This document shows positions 56,694 to 64,000 of a stretch of 64,000 nucleotides of DNA, one piece after another. A model generated the notes under the pieces. The model was not told the origin of the DNA. It worked only from the letters and a program-made list of their open reading frames with translations, and did not search any database. Within the stretch, counting starts at the first letter, position 1, and each line of letters opens with the position of its first letter. Source of the stretch: an uncultured bacterium (lineage in GTDB: Bacteria; Patescibacteriota; Minisyncoccia; Phycocordibacterales; PALSA-1337); contig OY969557.1 in assembly GCA_963701025.1 (NCBI GenBank), positions 368,622 through 432,621 of the forward strand, read 5' to 3'. Both the position numbers and the translations under genes were made by a program.

Positions 56694-58178
56694 TCAATTA
56701 CCCACATACGTCACCACCTTATCTCCAGGATTCAGGCCTGATGTTATCTCGATGGTGCCGTCGGAGCCCTTGAGGCCGGTCATGACCGGCACGGGCGAGT
56801 AGCTTTTGCCATCCGCGCTTACGAGGCGCACGGTCGTGGAAGTAGCGGTGACGGTGAGGGCGCGATATGGTATCTCGATGACACCAGCGGCCATATGGGT
56901 CAATATCTCGAGATTGGCGGTCATGCCGGAACGGATACGGGCATCAGGTGTGACGAACTGCAGAGTGACTTTATAGGTAGGCACGCCTTCGAGGACAGTC
57001 TCGGCGGGGTCTATCATGACGACCTTGGACGGAAAATCGGTATATGAGCCGTAAGCGTCGAGAGTGGTCGATGCCAAATCGCCGACGGCCACCTTGGCGA
57101 TATCGGCCTCCGGCACATAGGCCTCTATCTTGAAGCCGCTATTCTGCACCGCGAAACCACCCTGACCAGCCGAAGCGAACTCGCCGACATTCGGATCTTC
57201 CTGCGTGACGATGCCGTCGATAGGCGATGTGATGGTGTCTTCGGCGAGGACCGCCCGGGCTTGGGCGACTTTGGCCGCTTGGGCGGCGATGGACTGGTCG
57301 GAATTACCAGCGAGCTTAAGGTCATAGTTCGACTGGGCGGTTTGCAGCGCAGTCTGTGCCGATGTGACCGAGTCGATGGCGGCGTTCAGGGCGGAAAGGC
57401 CGTTATTCATGGATGTCACGTCCGCGTCTATGGCCGGCTGGGTCAGGCCTGAATTTCCCGGGTTCAAGGCATTGACGATGACGGACAGGTCGTTCATGAA
57501 ACTTTTTATCGTCGCAAGGAATCGGCTCGCGTCGGAAGCAAGGGTGCTCGGATCGCTCGAGCTCGCCGCGGCCAATTCCACGGACCACTTGTTCAGTGTA
57601 TCCGAAACGGAGACGCGCTCGTTATCGATGGCGAGTTGTGTCATAGCCGACTGGGTGCGGACGTTGATAACCGGATTGGCGCTCTGGGGATTGGTGAAGA
57701 ATATATCGGTATAATTGACCAAGGCGCCTTGGGCTTTAACATAGCCGTCATGGGCGGCATTCACTGCACTGCTCTCGGCGCTGGCCAAGGCTGTCTGCTG
57801 GACCGATAGCTCCTCCGGCGTAAGCGAGCGTGACATATCGGCGAGCGTCGCCTGGGCGGAGGCCAAGGCGGCCGCGTCCTGGGCGCTGTCGAGCGAGGCG
57901 ACAGGTTGGCCGGCATTGACGGCATCGCCTACCTTGACATAGACACGCGATATGACGCCGCTCTTCTCGAAAGCAAGATCGGCTTTGTCGACCGGCGATA
58001 CCGAGCCGGTGACGGACACTTGCTCTATGACATTGCCAACAGTAGCCGCTGTAGAAGTGAAATTCGACGGCTTATTGGCGTTCTTGTAGATGGAGTAGAT
58101 GATTATAGCCGCGATGATGACGATGACAGCTATGACCCATTTATTTTTTAGAAAGCGAAAAATAGAGCGTTTTTTCAT
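56694..58178 (-). CDS. HlyD/MacA-family periplasmic adaptor subunit
   Basis: N-terminal TM, coiled-coil region, beta-barrel domains. Heads the operon. Confidence 0.8.
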   Translation of the reverse strand: MKKRSIFRFLKNKWVIAVIVIIAAIIIYSIYKNANKPSNFTSTAATVGNVIEQVSVTGSVSPVDKADLAFEKSGVISRVYVKVGDAVNAGQPVASLDSAQDAAALASAQATLADMSRSLTPEELSVQQTALASAESSAVNAAHDGYVKAQGALVNYTDIFFTNPQSANPVINVRTQSAMTQLAIDNERVSVSDTLNKWSVELAAASSSDPSTLASDASRFLATIKSFMNDLSVIVNALNPGNSGLTQPAIDADVTSMNNGLSALNAAIDSVTSAQTALQTAQSNYDLKLAGNSDQSIAAQAAKVAQARAVLAEDTITSPIDGIVTQEDPNVGEFASAGQGGFAVQNSGFKIEAYVPEADIAKVAVGDLASTTLDAYGSYTDFPSKVVMIDPAETVLEGVPTYKVTLQFVTPDARIRSGMTANLEILTHMAAGVIEIPYRALTVTATSTTVRLVSADGKSYSPVPVMTGLKGSDGTIEITSGLNPGDKVVTYVGN

Positions 58179-58242
58179 GGGAATATTATAGCATACGCAT
58201 GGCAGGAGACGGACGATTCGTCCGTATATTTCAGTCGCGCGC

Positions 58243-58821
58243 TCAATATTTCCTCACCACTCCCCTGACGATGGCCGCCACGCGCAGGCTCTCCTCCGGA
58301 TATATCGGTTTGTATTTTTTATTCGCCGGCTCCAGGAAAACAGCCGCGCCCTTTTTCCTGAAATATTTCATCGTCCAACCGCCGTCAACTTCGGCAATGA
58401 CGATATCGCCGTCTTTGGCTTGGCGCGAATCGTCACCTGTGCGCTCTGCTATAACCAAGTCGCCTTCATTTATCCCGGCGTCAATCATTGAATCGCCTTT
58501 CACCTCAAGAAGATATGTCTTGTCTTTATCGTTTATCAGATATTCGTCAATGCTCATAGTGTCGAGAACCGACTCTTCCGCGACTGAAGGAATGCCAGCT
58601 TCAACCAAGCCGAGGATCGGCACTTCGCCGACGAGCTTATTCGGTATCAATCGGCCGCTGGAATCTTTGGTCACCACGCCTTCGCCGATCAATTTATTGA
58701 TCAATTTGTAGACGGCATTCTTGGATTTGAAGCCGAGCATGTCCATGATCTCCGCGTAAGCTGGCATGCGCCGGTTATTCCGGTAGAAAGCGAGGATTTT
58801 CTTTTTATATGATTCGTACAT
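58243..58821 (-). CDS. lexA: LexA repressor
   Basis: N-terminal winged helix-turn-helix. S24 peptidase with an AG cleavage site, the catalytic Ser in GDSM and a Lys downstream. Confidence 0.9.
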   Translation of the reverse strand: MYESYKKKILAFYRNNRRMPAYAEIMDMLGFKSKNAVYKLINKLIGEGVVTKDSSGRLIPNKLVGEVPILGLVEAGIPSVAEESVLDTMSIDEYLINDKDKTYLLEVKGDSMIDAGINEGDLVIAERTGDDSRQAKDGDIVIAEVDGGWTMKYFRKKGAAVFLEPANKKYKPIYPEESLRVAAIVRGVVRKY

Positions 58822-58839
58822 GGATCTAGTATAGCGCGG

Positions 58840-59043
58840 CTAGAGCATGAAGAGCTGTGTCAAAGCGAAGCCGCCAAAGAGAGGCACGCGGCGTGGCTGG
58901 AGCCTGGCAAGCTGCGAGACGAGGAATTTATGCCGGCGGGACTCTTCCTTGTATGACATGCCCTGGATGATGCGCAGGTCGATCTTTTCGTTGATCTTCC
59001 TGATCTCGCGGCGAAGCTCACGGATTATCTGATGTTTGCTCAT
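58840..59043 (-). CDS. Small hypothetical protein, upstream of lexA in the same operon
   Basis: 67-aa basic ORF. Confidence 0.35.
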   Translation of the reverse strand: MSKHQIIRELRREIRKINEKIDLRIIQGMSYKEESRRHKFLVSQLARLQPRRVPLFGGFALTQLFML

Positions 59044-59127
59044 ATTTTTGTATCTATTATTAAAACGACTGCTAAACGACTTTTTATTTTGATGGGTAGG
59101 CCCCTGTTGGGCATGGATATAGTATAG

Positions 59128-59143
59128 GTGAACTATCGTTCAC
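59128..59143 (+). promoter_or_regulatory. LexA (Cheo-type) SOS box GTGAAC-TATC-GTTCAC upstream of the small-ORF/lexA operon
   Basis: The GAAC-N4-GTTC palindrome lies 85 bp upstream of the small ORF start. Confidence 0.6.
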
Positions 59144-59191
59144 CTGCAAGAGGTTAAGTGGGGATAACTAAAAAGACCCTGTGATATGGCC

Positions 59192-60535
59192 TTATTCTAT
59201 GAACGTGATTGCCTTGCCCTTCTTCCCCGCTCTGCCAGTGCGGCCGATGCGGTGTATATAGTCTTCATAGGTGGCGGGCAGATCGTAATTGATGACATGC
59301 GAAACATCGGAGACGTCGATGCCGCGGGCGGCGACGTCGGTGGCGACGAGGGCTTTGAGGTGTCCGGCTTTGAAGGAGTCGAGTGCCCTCTGGCGCTGGC
59401 CCTGGTTCTTGTTACCGTGGATGGACTCTGCTTTGAAACCGAGGGCGAAGAGGCCGTTCTTCAGACGCTCGACGCCGTGCTTGGTCTTGCCGAAGATGAG
59501 AACTTTGGTGAAACCGGGCTGGGAGAGCAGATCCTTGAGGACATCTATCTTATTACGTCCCGTGACGCGGACGATGTCCTGGTCGACGCCCTTGGCGGTA
59601 TCGCCGGTCTTGACCGATATGGAGACGGGGTTCTTCAGGAAATCCTTGATGAGGGCTTCGATATCCCGTGACATGGTGGCCGAGAAGAAAAGAGTCTGGC
59701 GCGCGGCAGGCATCTTTCCCATGATCAGGCGCATGTCGTGGATGAAGCCCATGTCGAGCATGCGGTCAGCTTCGTCGAGAACGACGGTCGAGAACTGCGA
59801 CAGGTTGATGGCTTTCCTCTCGAGCAGATCCTTGAGGCGGCCGGGTGTTCCGATGATGAAGCTGTTGCTGCGGCGCAAGGCCCCGAGCTGTTTGCCGATG
59901 GATGCGCCGCCGACGCAGACGACCGAGAATATGGAAAGCATTGACGAGAATCCGCGGAGCTCGTCGTCGATCTGGGTGGCGAGCTCGCGGGTCGGCACCA
60001 TGATGAGGATCTTTTCGTTGCGGAATTTGAGGACTTTGTCTATGAGCGGAACGAGGAATGCGGCCGTCTTGCCCGTACCCGTATTGGCGATGCCGACGAC
60101 GTCGCGGCCCTGGAGGATATGTGGGATAGTCCGGTCTTGGATGGGAGTCGGGGTCACATAGCCTTTCTTGACGATATTGTGTTTGAGCTTCTCGTCTATA
60201 AGGAAATCCTTGAAAGCATGTTCCGGCTTGAAGACCGGCATCTCCTCGGTGATTACGGCCTTGTTGACGAATTTGGATATGTCGTTGAAAGACTTCTGAG
60301 CGAATCCGCCTCCACGGCCGCCACGGTTACCGCCCTTATAACCGCCGCGAACATTCTTATAGCCGATTTTGCCTTTGTAGCCGCCTCCGCCTTTGTAGAC
60401 GCCAGGTTTGCCTCTGCGGAATGGACGAGGTCCTGACGCATGAAAAGAACGCCCGCCTGACGGGCGGTGCGAAGGCGATCCCCTTTTCGGAGAATGTTCG
60501 TGGCTTTGATAGCCGCTTGAATGTTTACCTGGCAT
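59192..60535 (-). CDS. DEAD-box ATP-dependent RNA helicase with an ~80-aa N-terminal Arg/Gly/Tyr-rich tail
   Basis: Q motif, GTGKT, PTRELA, SAT, VLDEAD, HRIGRTGR. Confidence 0.9.
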   Translation of the reverse strand: MPGKHSSGYQSHEHSPKRGSPSHRPSGGRSFHASGPRPFRRGKPGVYKGGGGYKGKIGYKNVRGGYKGGNRGGRGGGFAQKSFNDISKFVNKAVITEEMPVFKPEHAFKDFLIDEKLKHNIVKKGYVTPTPIQDRTIPHILQGRDVVGIANTGTGKTAAFLVPLIDKVLKFRNEKILIMVPTRELATQIDDELRGFSSMLSIFSVVCVGGASIGKQLGALRRSNSFIIGTPGRLKDLLERKAINLSQFSTVVLDEADRMLDMGFIHDMRLIMGKMPAARQTLFFSATMSRDIEALIKDFLKNPVSISVKTGDTAKGVDQDIVRVTGRNKIDVLKDLLSQPGFTKVLIFGKTKHGVERLKNGLFALGFKAESIHGNKNQGQRQRALDSFKAGHLKALVATDVAARGIDVSDVSHVINYDLPATYEDYIHRIGRTGRAGKKGKAITFIE

Positions 60536-60598
60536 AATATATCGAGTATATGAGGATAATCTGTGTGCAGAGCATAGTATCTCATTGGGAGCTTAGTG

Positions 60599-61993
60599 TC
60601 AAGATCGATCCGTAGCAATGCCCCCATCGAGCGCGGCGGCGCCTCCCGCCACATACCCTGTCGTCCAACAGAGCTGAAGCGAATAGCCGCCGGATGGCCG
60701 GTTGATGTGAAGGAGGTCGCCGGTGATAAATAGATTGTTTACTATTTTAGACTTCATCGTCCTGGTGTCTATTTCGGCGAGAGCGACGCCGCCATCGGAA
60801 ACCACAGCCCGATCATCGCCCATGAGATGAGTAATGGTGAGGGGCAAAGCTTTGAAAAGCTGCGTCAGAATCTTACGCTCTTCTACGGTTACGCTGTGCA
60901 CTTTCTTATCGAGCATTCTCCGCCCCGCATCTGACGATCCATCCTTTCTATCCGCTGGTCCATCAAGAAGCAGACCGACCTCTTTGGCCATGCCTGCAGG
61001 GAGAAGGCTGGCTAAAACATTCTTCAATGTTTTATTCTTATTCGCGTCGAAAATTCCGATGATCTTTTTCTCGAGCGCGCCGAGATCCAAATCCGGAAAT
61101 AGATCTATACCCGCAGTTACCGTGCCGGCTTGGAGCAGGTCAGCCACTTCTGCCGCGCTATTCAAGATAAGCGGCCCAGAAATGCCGAAGTGAGTAAAAA
61201 GGATCTTTCCTTTCTTGGAAAAGGCTTTGACCCCGTCGACAAAAAAAGTGATCTTCATTGATTCGACGCTTATGCCGGCCAATCTCTTCGACCACTCATC
61301 CGATACGGCTAGCGGCACGACTGACGGCGTCGGTGACGCCACGGTATGGCCAAGCTCACGAAGCCAGCCGAAGCCGTCCCCGGTCGAACCGGTCTCTCGA
61401 TGCGATGCACCGCCGGTGGCAAAGATGAAATTCTTGGCGCGGTACTCTCGTTCGCCATCTGCTCCACTACAGTTAACTGTAGTGATGCTTTTCTTGTATG
61501 CGCTCGAACTGCCCTTGATTTCACGGGTATTGATCCGCGTAACCGGCGAACCGACTTTGATCGTCACTTTTCCTTCTTGAACATATTTTTCCAAGACCTT
61601 ATATACATCCAGAGCCTTTTGGCTTTTCGGAAAGGCCCTTTTACGATCTTCGACGACGAGCGGCAAACCGCGAGACTCAAAAAATGAAAATGTGTCTTTC
61701 ACGCCGAATTTGGCAAAGGCGGAAAAGAGCGCCTCGCCCGCATTGCCATAATGCTTTAGCAGAGCGCGCGCATCATACTCGGCATTGGTGATATTGCACC
61801 GCCCGCCACCGGTTATCTTGAGCTTCTCGCCCATCTTCTTGTTCTTCTCCAGAAGGAGGACGCGCCTAACGCCGGCTTCTCCATTGTCTGCTGATGCGAC
61901 AGATAAGACTTCAGCCGCCCTGCCGGCAGCCGTGAGGCCAGACGCGCCGCCGCCCACGACGATGACATCGTATGTATCAGAATTATCGGCCAT
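60599..61993 (-). CDS. BaiN/HI0933-family NAD(P)/FAD-dependent oxidoreductase
   Basis: N-terminal DVIVVGGGASGL dinucleotide-binding motif and HI0933-like length and architecture. Confidence 0.7.
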   Translation of the reverse strand: MADNSDTYDVIVVGGGASGLTAAGRAAEVLSVASADNGEAGVRRVLLLEKNKKMGEKLKITGGGRCNITNAEYDARALLKHYGNAGEALFSAFAKFGVKDTFSFFESRGLPLVVEDRKRAFPKSQKALDVYKVLEKYVQEGKVTIKVGSPVTRINTREIKGSSSAYKKSITTVNCSGADGEREYRAKNFIFATGGASHRETGSTGDGFGWLRELGHTVASPTPSVVPLAVSDEWSKRLAGISVESMKITFFVDGVKAFSKKGKILFTHFGISGPLILNSAAEVADLLQAGTVTAGIDLFPDLDLGALEKKIIGIFDANKNKTLKNVLASLLPAGMAKEVGLLLDGPADRKDGSSDAGRRMLDKKVHSVTVEERKILTQLFKALPLTITHLMGDDRAVVSDGGVALAEIDTRTMKSKIVNNLFITGDLLHINRPSGGYSLQLCWTTGYVAGGAAALDGGIATDRS

Positions 61994-62029
61994 GCCAGCT
62001 ATGCTAGCACATCTTTATATGCACATGCC

Positions 62030-62407
62030 TTATTTAGCTAGAGTGCCCGGTGGAATGGAACTATTCGGCTCCAAGAGTGAAAATCCGCTCTGACCATTCG
62101 CGTCCGGCGGGGTGGAGACGGCGAAGAGCATGCCGTTCGATTCCAGCCCGCATATTGTCCTCGGCTCGAGATTCGTCACGAACATGCAGGTCTTGCCCAC
62201 GAGAACGGCGGGGTCGGGAAAATACGCGGCTATGCCGGAGACGATCTGTCTCGGAGAAGGCATCGAAACAGTAGCTCCCGCTAACGGCGCTACTTCGCCG
62301 AAATCGACCGACAATTTTAGCAATTTATCGGTATCAGGCACCTTCTCCGCCGAAATAATCTTGCCCGCGCGTATCTCAACTTTTTTGAAATCTTCGTAGG
62401 ATATCAT
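62030..62407 (-). CDS. csaA: tRNA-binding protein (CsaA/Trbp111, EMAP-like OB fold)
   Basis: KVEIRAGKII...KL..L.VDFGE...R.IVSGI signature. Confidence 0.8.
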   Translation of the reverse strand: MISYEDFKKVEIRAGKIISAEKVPDTDKLLKLSVDFGEVAPLAGATVSMPSPRQIVSGIAAYFPDPAVLVGKTCMFVTNLEPRTICGLESNGMLFAVSTPPDANGQSGFSLLEPNSSIPPGTLAK

Positions 62408-62448
62408 CGTTGGATTATAGCATTCCGAGGGCGTATAATTAAGATTAT

Positions 62449-63051
62449 ATGTTCATTGCAATACTCATCACGATCGCCATTACCGCGGTCGGGACCATCA
62501 TCTATGCGTCCACCTGCGAGTGGACTCTTCACCGATTCATCATGCACCGCCCGCTCTGGAAATTCCGTTATCCGTTCGAGGCGCATGCCCTCGTCCACCA
62601 TCGGGTATTCAAGGCCGACGAGACCTATCATCTGATCGACAAGACCACCCAGGACAAATGGACTATTCCCATGGCCTGGTGGAACGGGCCGATATTGATA
62701 ATCACCGCGTCGCTTCCCTCTTTGATCGTCTGGATCTTCTTGCCGACGTGGGGAATGCGCTTGTGGATGTACGGCACCAACTTTTCCGTCATCGCCCTGT
62801 ATTACGCGGCATACGAATACATGCATTGGTGCATGCACCTGCCTCTCCCGCGGAGACGGATCATAGAGCGGCGATGGATCTTCTTCCGGTTGAACGGCCA
62901 TCATCTCCTGCATCACAGGTACATGAAGAGGAACTTCAATGTTGTACTTCCCCTCGCCGACTTGTTCACGGGCACCCTGCTACTGCGGGCGCCGGTGCAT
63001 TTCAAGCAAGCGCGCGGGCCGTCCGTGCCCGATGTCCAACCGCTGGTCTGA
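62449..63051 (+). CDS. Fatty-acid hydroxylase/sterol desaturase superfamily membrane protein
   Basis: His boxes HRFIMH, HALVHH, HWCMH and HHLLHH across TM helices. Confidence 0.7.
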   Translation: MFIAILITIAITAVGTIIYASTCEWTLHRFIMHRPLWKFRYPFEAHALVHHRVFKADETYHLIDKTTQDKWTIPMAWWNGPILIITASLPSLIVWIFLPTWGMRLWMYGTNFSVIALYYAAYEYMHWCMHLPLPRRRIIERRWIFFRLNGHHLLHHRYMKRNFNVVLPLADLFTGTLLLRAPVHFKQARGPSVPDVQPLV

Positions 63052-63066
63052 CCGGCGGTTTTTTTA
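63031..63066 (+). terminator. Rho-independent terminator
   Basis: The accgctggtc/gaccggcggt stem is followed by ttttttt. Confidence 0.55.
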
Positions 63067-63549
63067 TGCCGCGACGGCATTGACTGGGCCATGACGGGGA
63101 TGAGCTCCAGCAGAAAAACGGCTCAAAATCAGAGTTTAGGTTCGAGTCCAAGACTCGTTCAGAGGAGGGAGTCTTGGACGTAGACGTGAAGCAAACCTAA
63201 AAGATGTTGAGATTGCTCAATATTTTACGAGAAAAAGGTTCGATTGGTATATCTACCAACTGGCTGACGTTTTTGATTAATGTTCGGACTTTTTTCGCCG
63301 CGAATCCGGAAGGGTGATGCGACTGGTTGCGCCGTCGCTCCGCTCGGCGCTCGGTTCGGACTGTCGCGACAGGGATTTCGGGGAGGAAGGTGTCGCGCCC
63401 GTCCGCCTGTTTTTTCGGGCGGGGGCGGGTCGTAGACGTAATCGGGTCAAATGGTGGAAATGACCCGATTAGGTCATACCATCTGACCCGATTATTCTAA
63501 CGCAGTGGCATGTAAATGACATCTCGGCCAGCTCCGGAACGCTTCGTCT

Positions 63550-63987
63550 TTAAGCAATAGAGAATTTATTTCTGACAGAAGTGATAGGAAAATATTTTCC
63601 TAAAAATTGACTTAATCGAGCAAATTCTGCATCAGCACCTTGTTGAAGTTTTAGGGATACAGTTTTTCTAACTAGAGTAACCTTCTTTCCGTTATAAGTT
63701 AAGTAGAATTTGTTCTTACCAAAAGTAATTTTATTTTTTAGATCACTAAGTGATACTTTTAGAAAAACGTATTTTTCGTAATCATGGGATATAATTTTGT
63801 CGTCTGAATTGACCCACGACAATCTACAAGTTTTGTAGTATTTGATTCTGCGTGCATCCCTAACAGTATAAAATGTTATAAGTCCTAGCCCTGTGAAAAG
63901 TGAAAGAAATGAAATGAAATGTTCCTTAACATTATTGAGTTTAGCTTCTGGCATTTTGATTAAATATAAGTATTCGTTATCAATCAT
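63550..63987 (-). CDS. Hypothetical membrane-anchored protein in an AT-rich terminal segment (possibly bacterial PH-domain-like)
   Basis: 145-aa ORF. Local GC is far below the window average. Confidence 0.4.
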   Translation of the reverse strand: MIDNEYLYLIKMPEAKLNNVKEHFISFLSLFTGLGLITFYTVRDARRIKYYKTCRLSWVNSDDKIISHDYEKYVFLKVSLSDLKNKITFGKNKFYLTYNGKKVTLVRKTVSLKLQQGADAEFARLSQFLGKYFPITSVRNKFSIA

Positions 63988-64000
63988 TACATCAAAAAAC

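Noticed and set aside
63100-63180. Possible tRNA gene around the GGTTCGAGTCC motif
   Set aside because: No acceptor, D or anticodon arms can be folded around it. It is treated as a tRNA-derived fragment only.
1-64000. CRISPR array, rRNA genes, transposase/integrase genes
   Set aside because: No regularly spaced repeat-spacer array and no rRNA-like or recombinase-like sequence were seen anywhere in the window. The only retroelement protein is the DGR RT.

Overview
The window is a 64 kb, roughly 60% GC bacterial chromosomal segment, densely coding on both strands. The source is probably a small-genome lineage; a short archaeal-type AspRS, a ThrRS lacking the N-terminal editing region, a Cheo-type LexA box and reduced biosynthesis (orphan hisI) hint at a CPR/Patescibacteria-like or Gram-positive-like organism, but this is inference. 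Contents by position:
- 1-8.9 kb: a polysaccharide cluster. A secreted GH6 cellulase carries a perfect 186-bp internal duplication. A GH8 / BcsA-like GT2 / GT39-like operon and a GT2-GtrA fusion follow.
- 9-20 kb: a GAF histidine kinase with an OmpR regulator, an ECF sigma factor, thrS, a PKD-repeat surface protein, tRNA-Phe and tRNA-Arg, and a second OmpR/HK pair.
- 20-29 kb: a Cas4-like nuclease, an MGMT-like protein, cyclophilin, NrnA, aspS, and an oxidative-repair cluster (tspO, msrB, msrA, a CcdA-TlpA fusion). A structured ~260-nt intergenic RNA candidate lies between msrA and msrB.
- 29-35 kb: a second ECF sigma/anti-sigma module and a HlyD-MacB-FtsX efflux operon.
- 34.6-36.5 kb: an AT-rich island holding a HIT hydrolase, a class IIb aaRS-core paralogue and a frameshifted NYN gene.
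- 36.5-47 kb: a PadR regulator with ABC-2 exporter genes, an FAD oxidase, an orphan hisI, and membrane proteins, two of them frameshifted (including a P-type ATPase).
- 47.3-50.0 kb: the standout feature, a complete diversity-generating retroelement (DGR). It has a DGR-type reverse transcriptase (RT), an Avd-like four-helix-bundle gene, a 124-nt template repeat (TR) and a variable repeat (VR) at the 3' end of a C-type-lectin-like target gene. 12 of the 13 TR/VR mismatches fall on TR adenines. The avd gene is inverted, and a C11 homopolymer sits between avd and the RT.
- 50-64 kb: NDH-2, a ZIP transporter, and a second HlyD-MacB operon carrying an Avd-like gene remnant fused at the ATPase start. 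Then come lexA with a Cheo box, a DEAD-box helicase, a BaiN-like flavoprotein, csaA, a fatty-acid hydroxylase, and a repeat-rich intergenic region leading into an AT-rich end.
- Two copies of an array of phased 11-bp direct repeats occur at separate intergenic sites.
No rRNA genes and no CRISPR array were seen.
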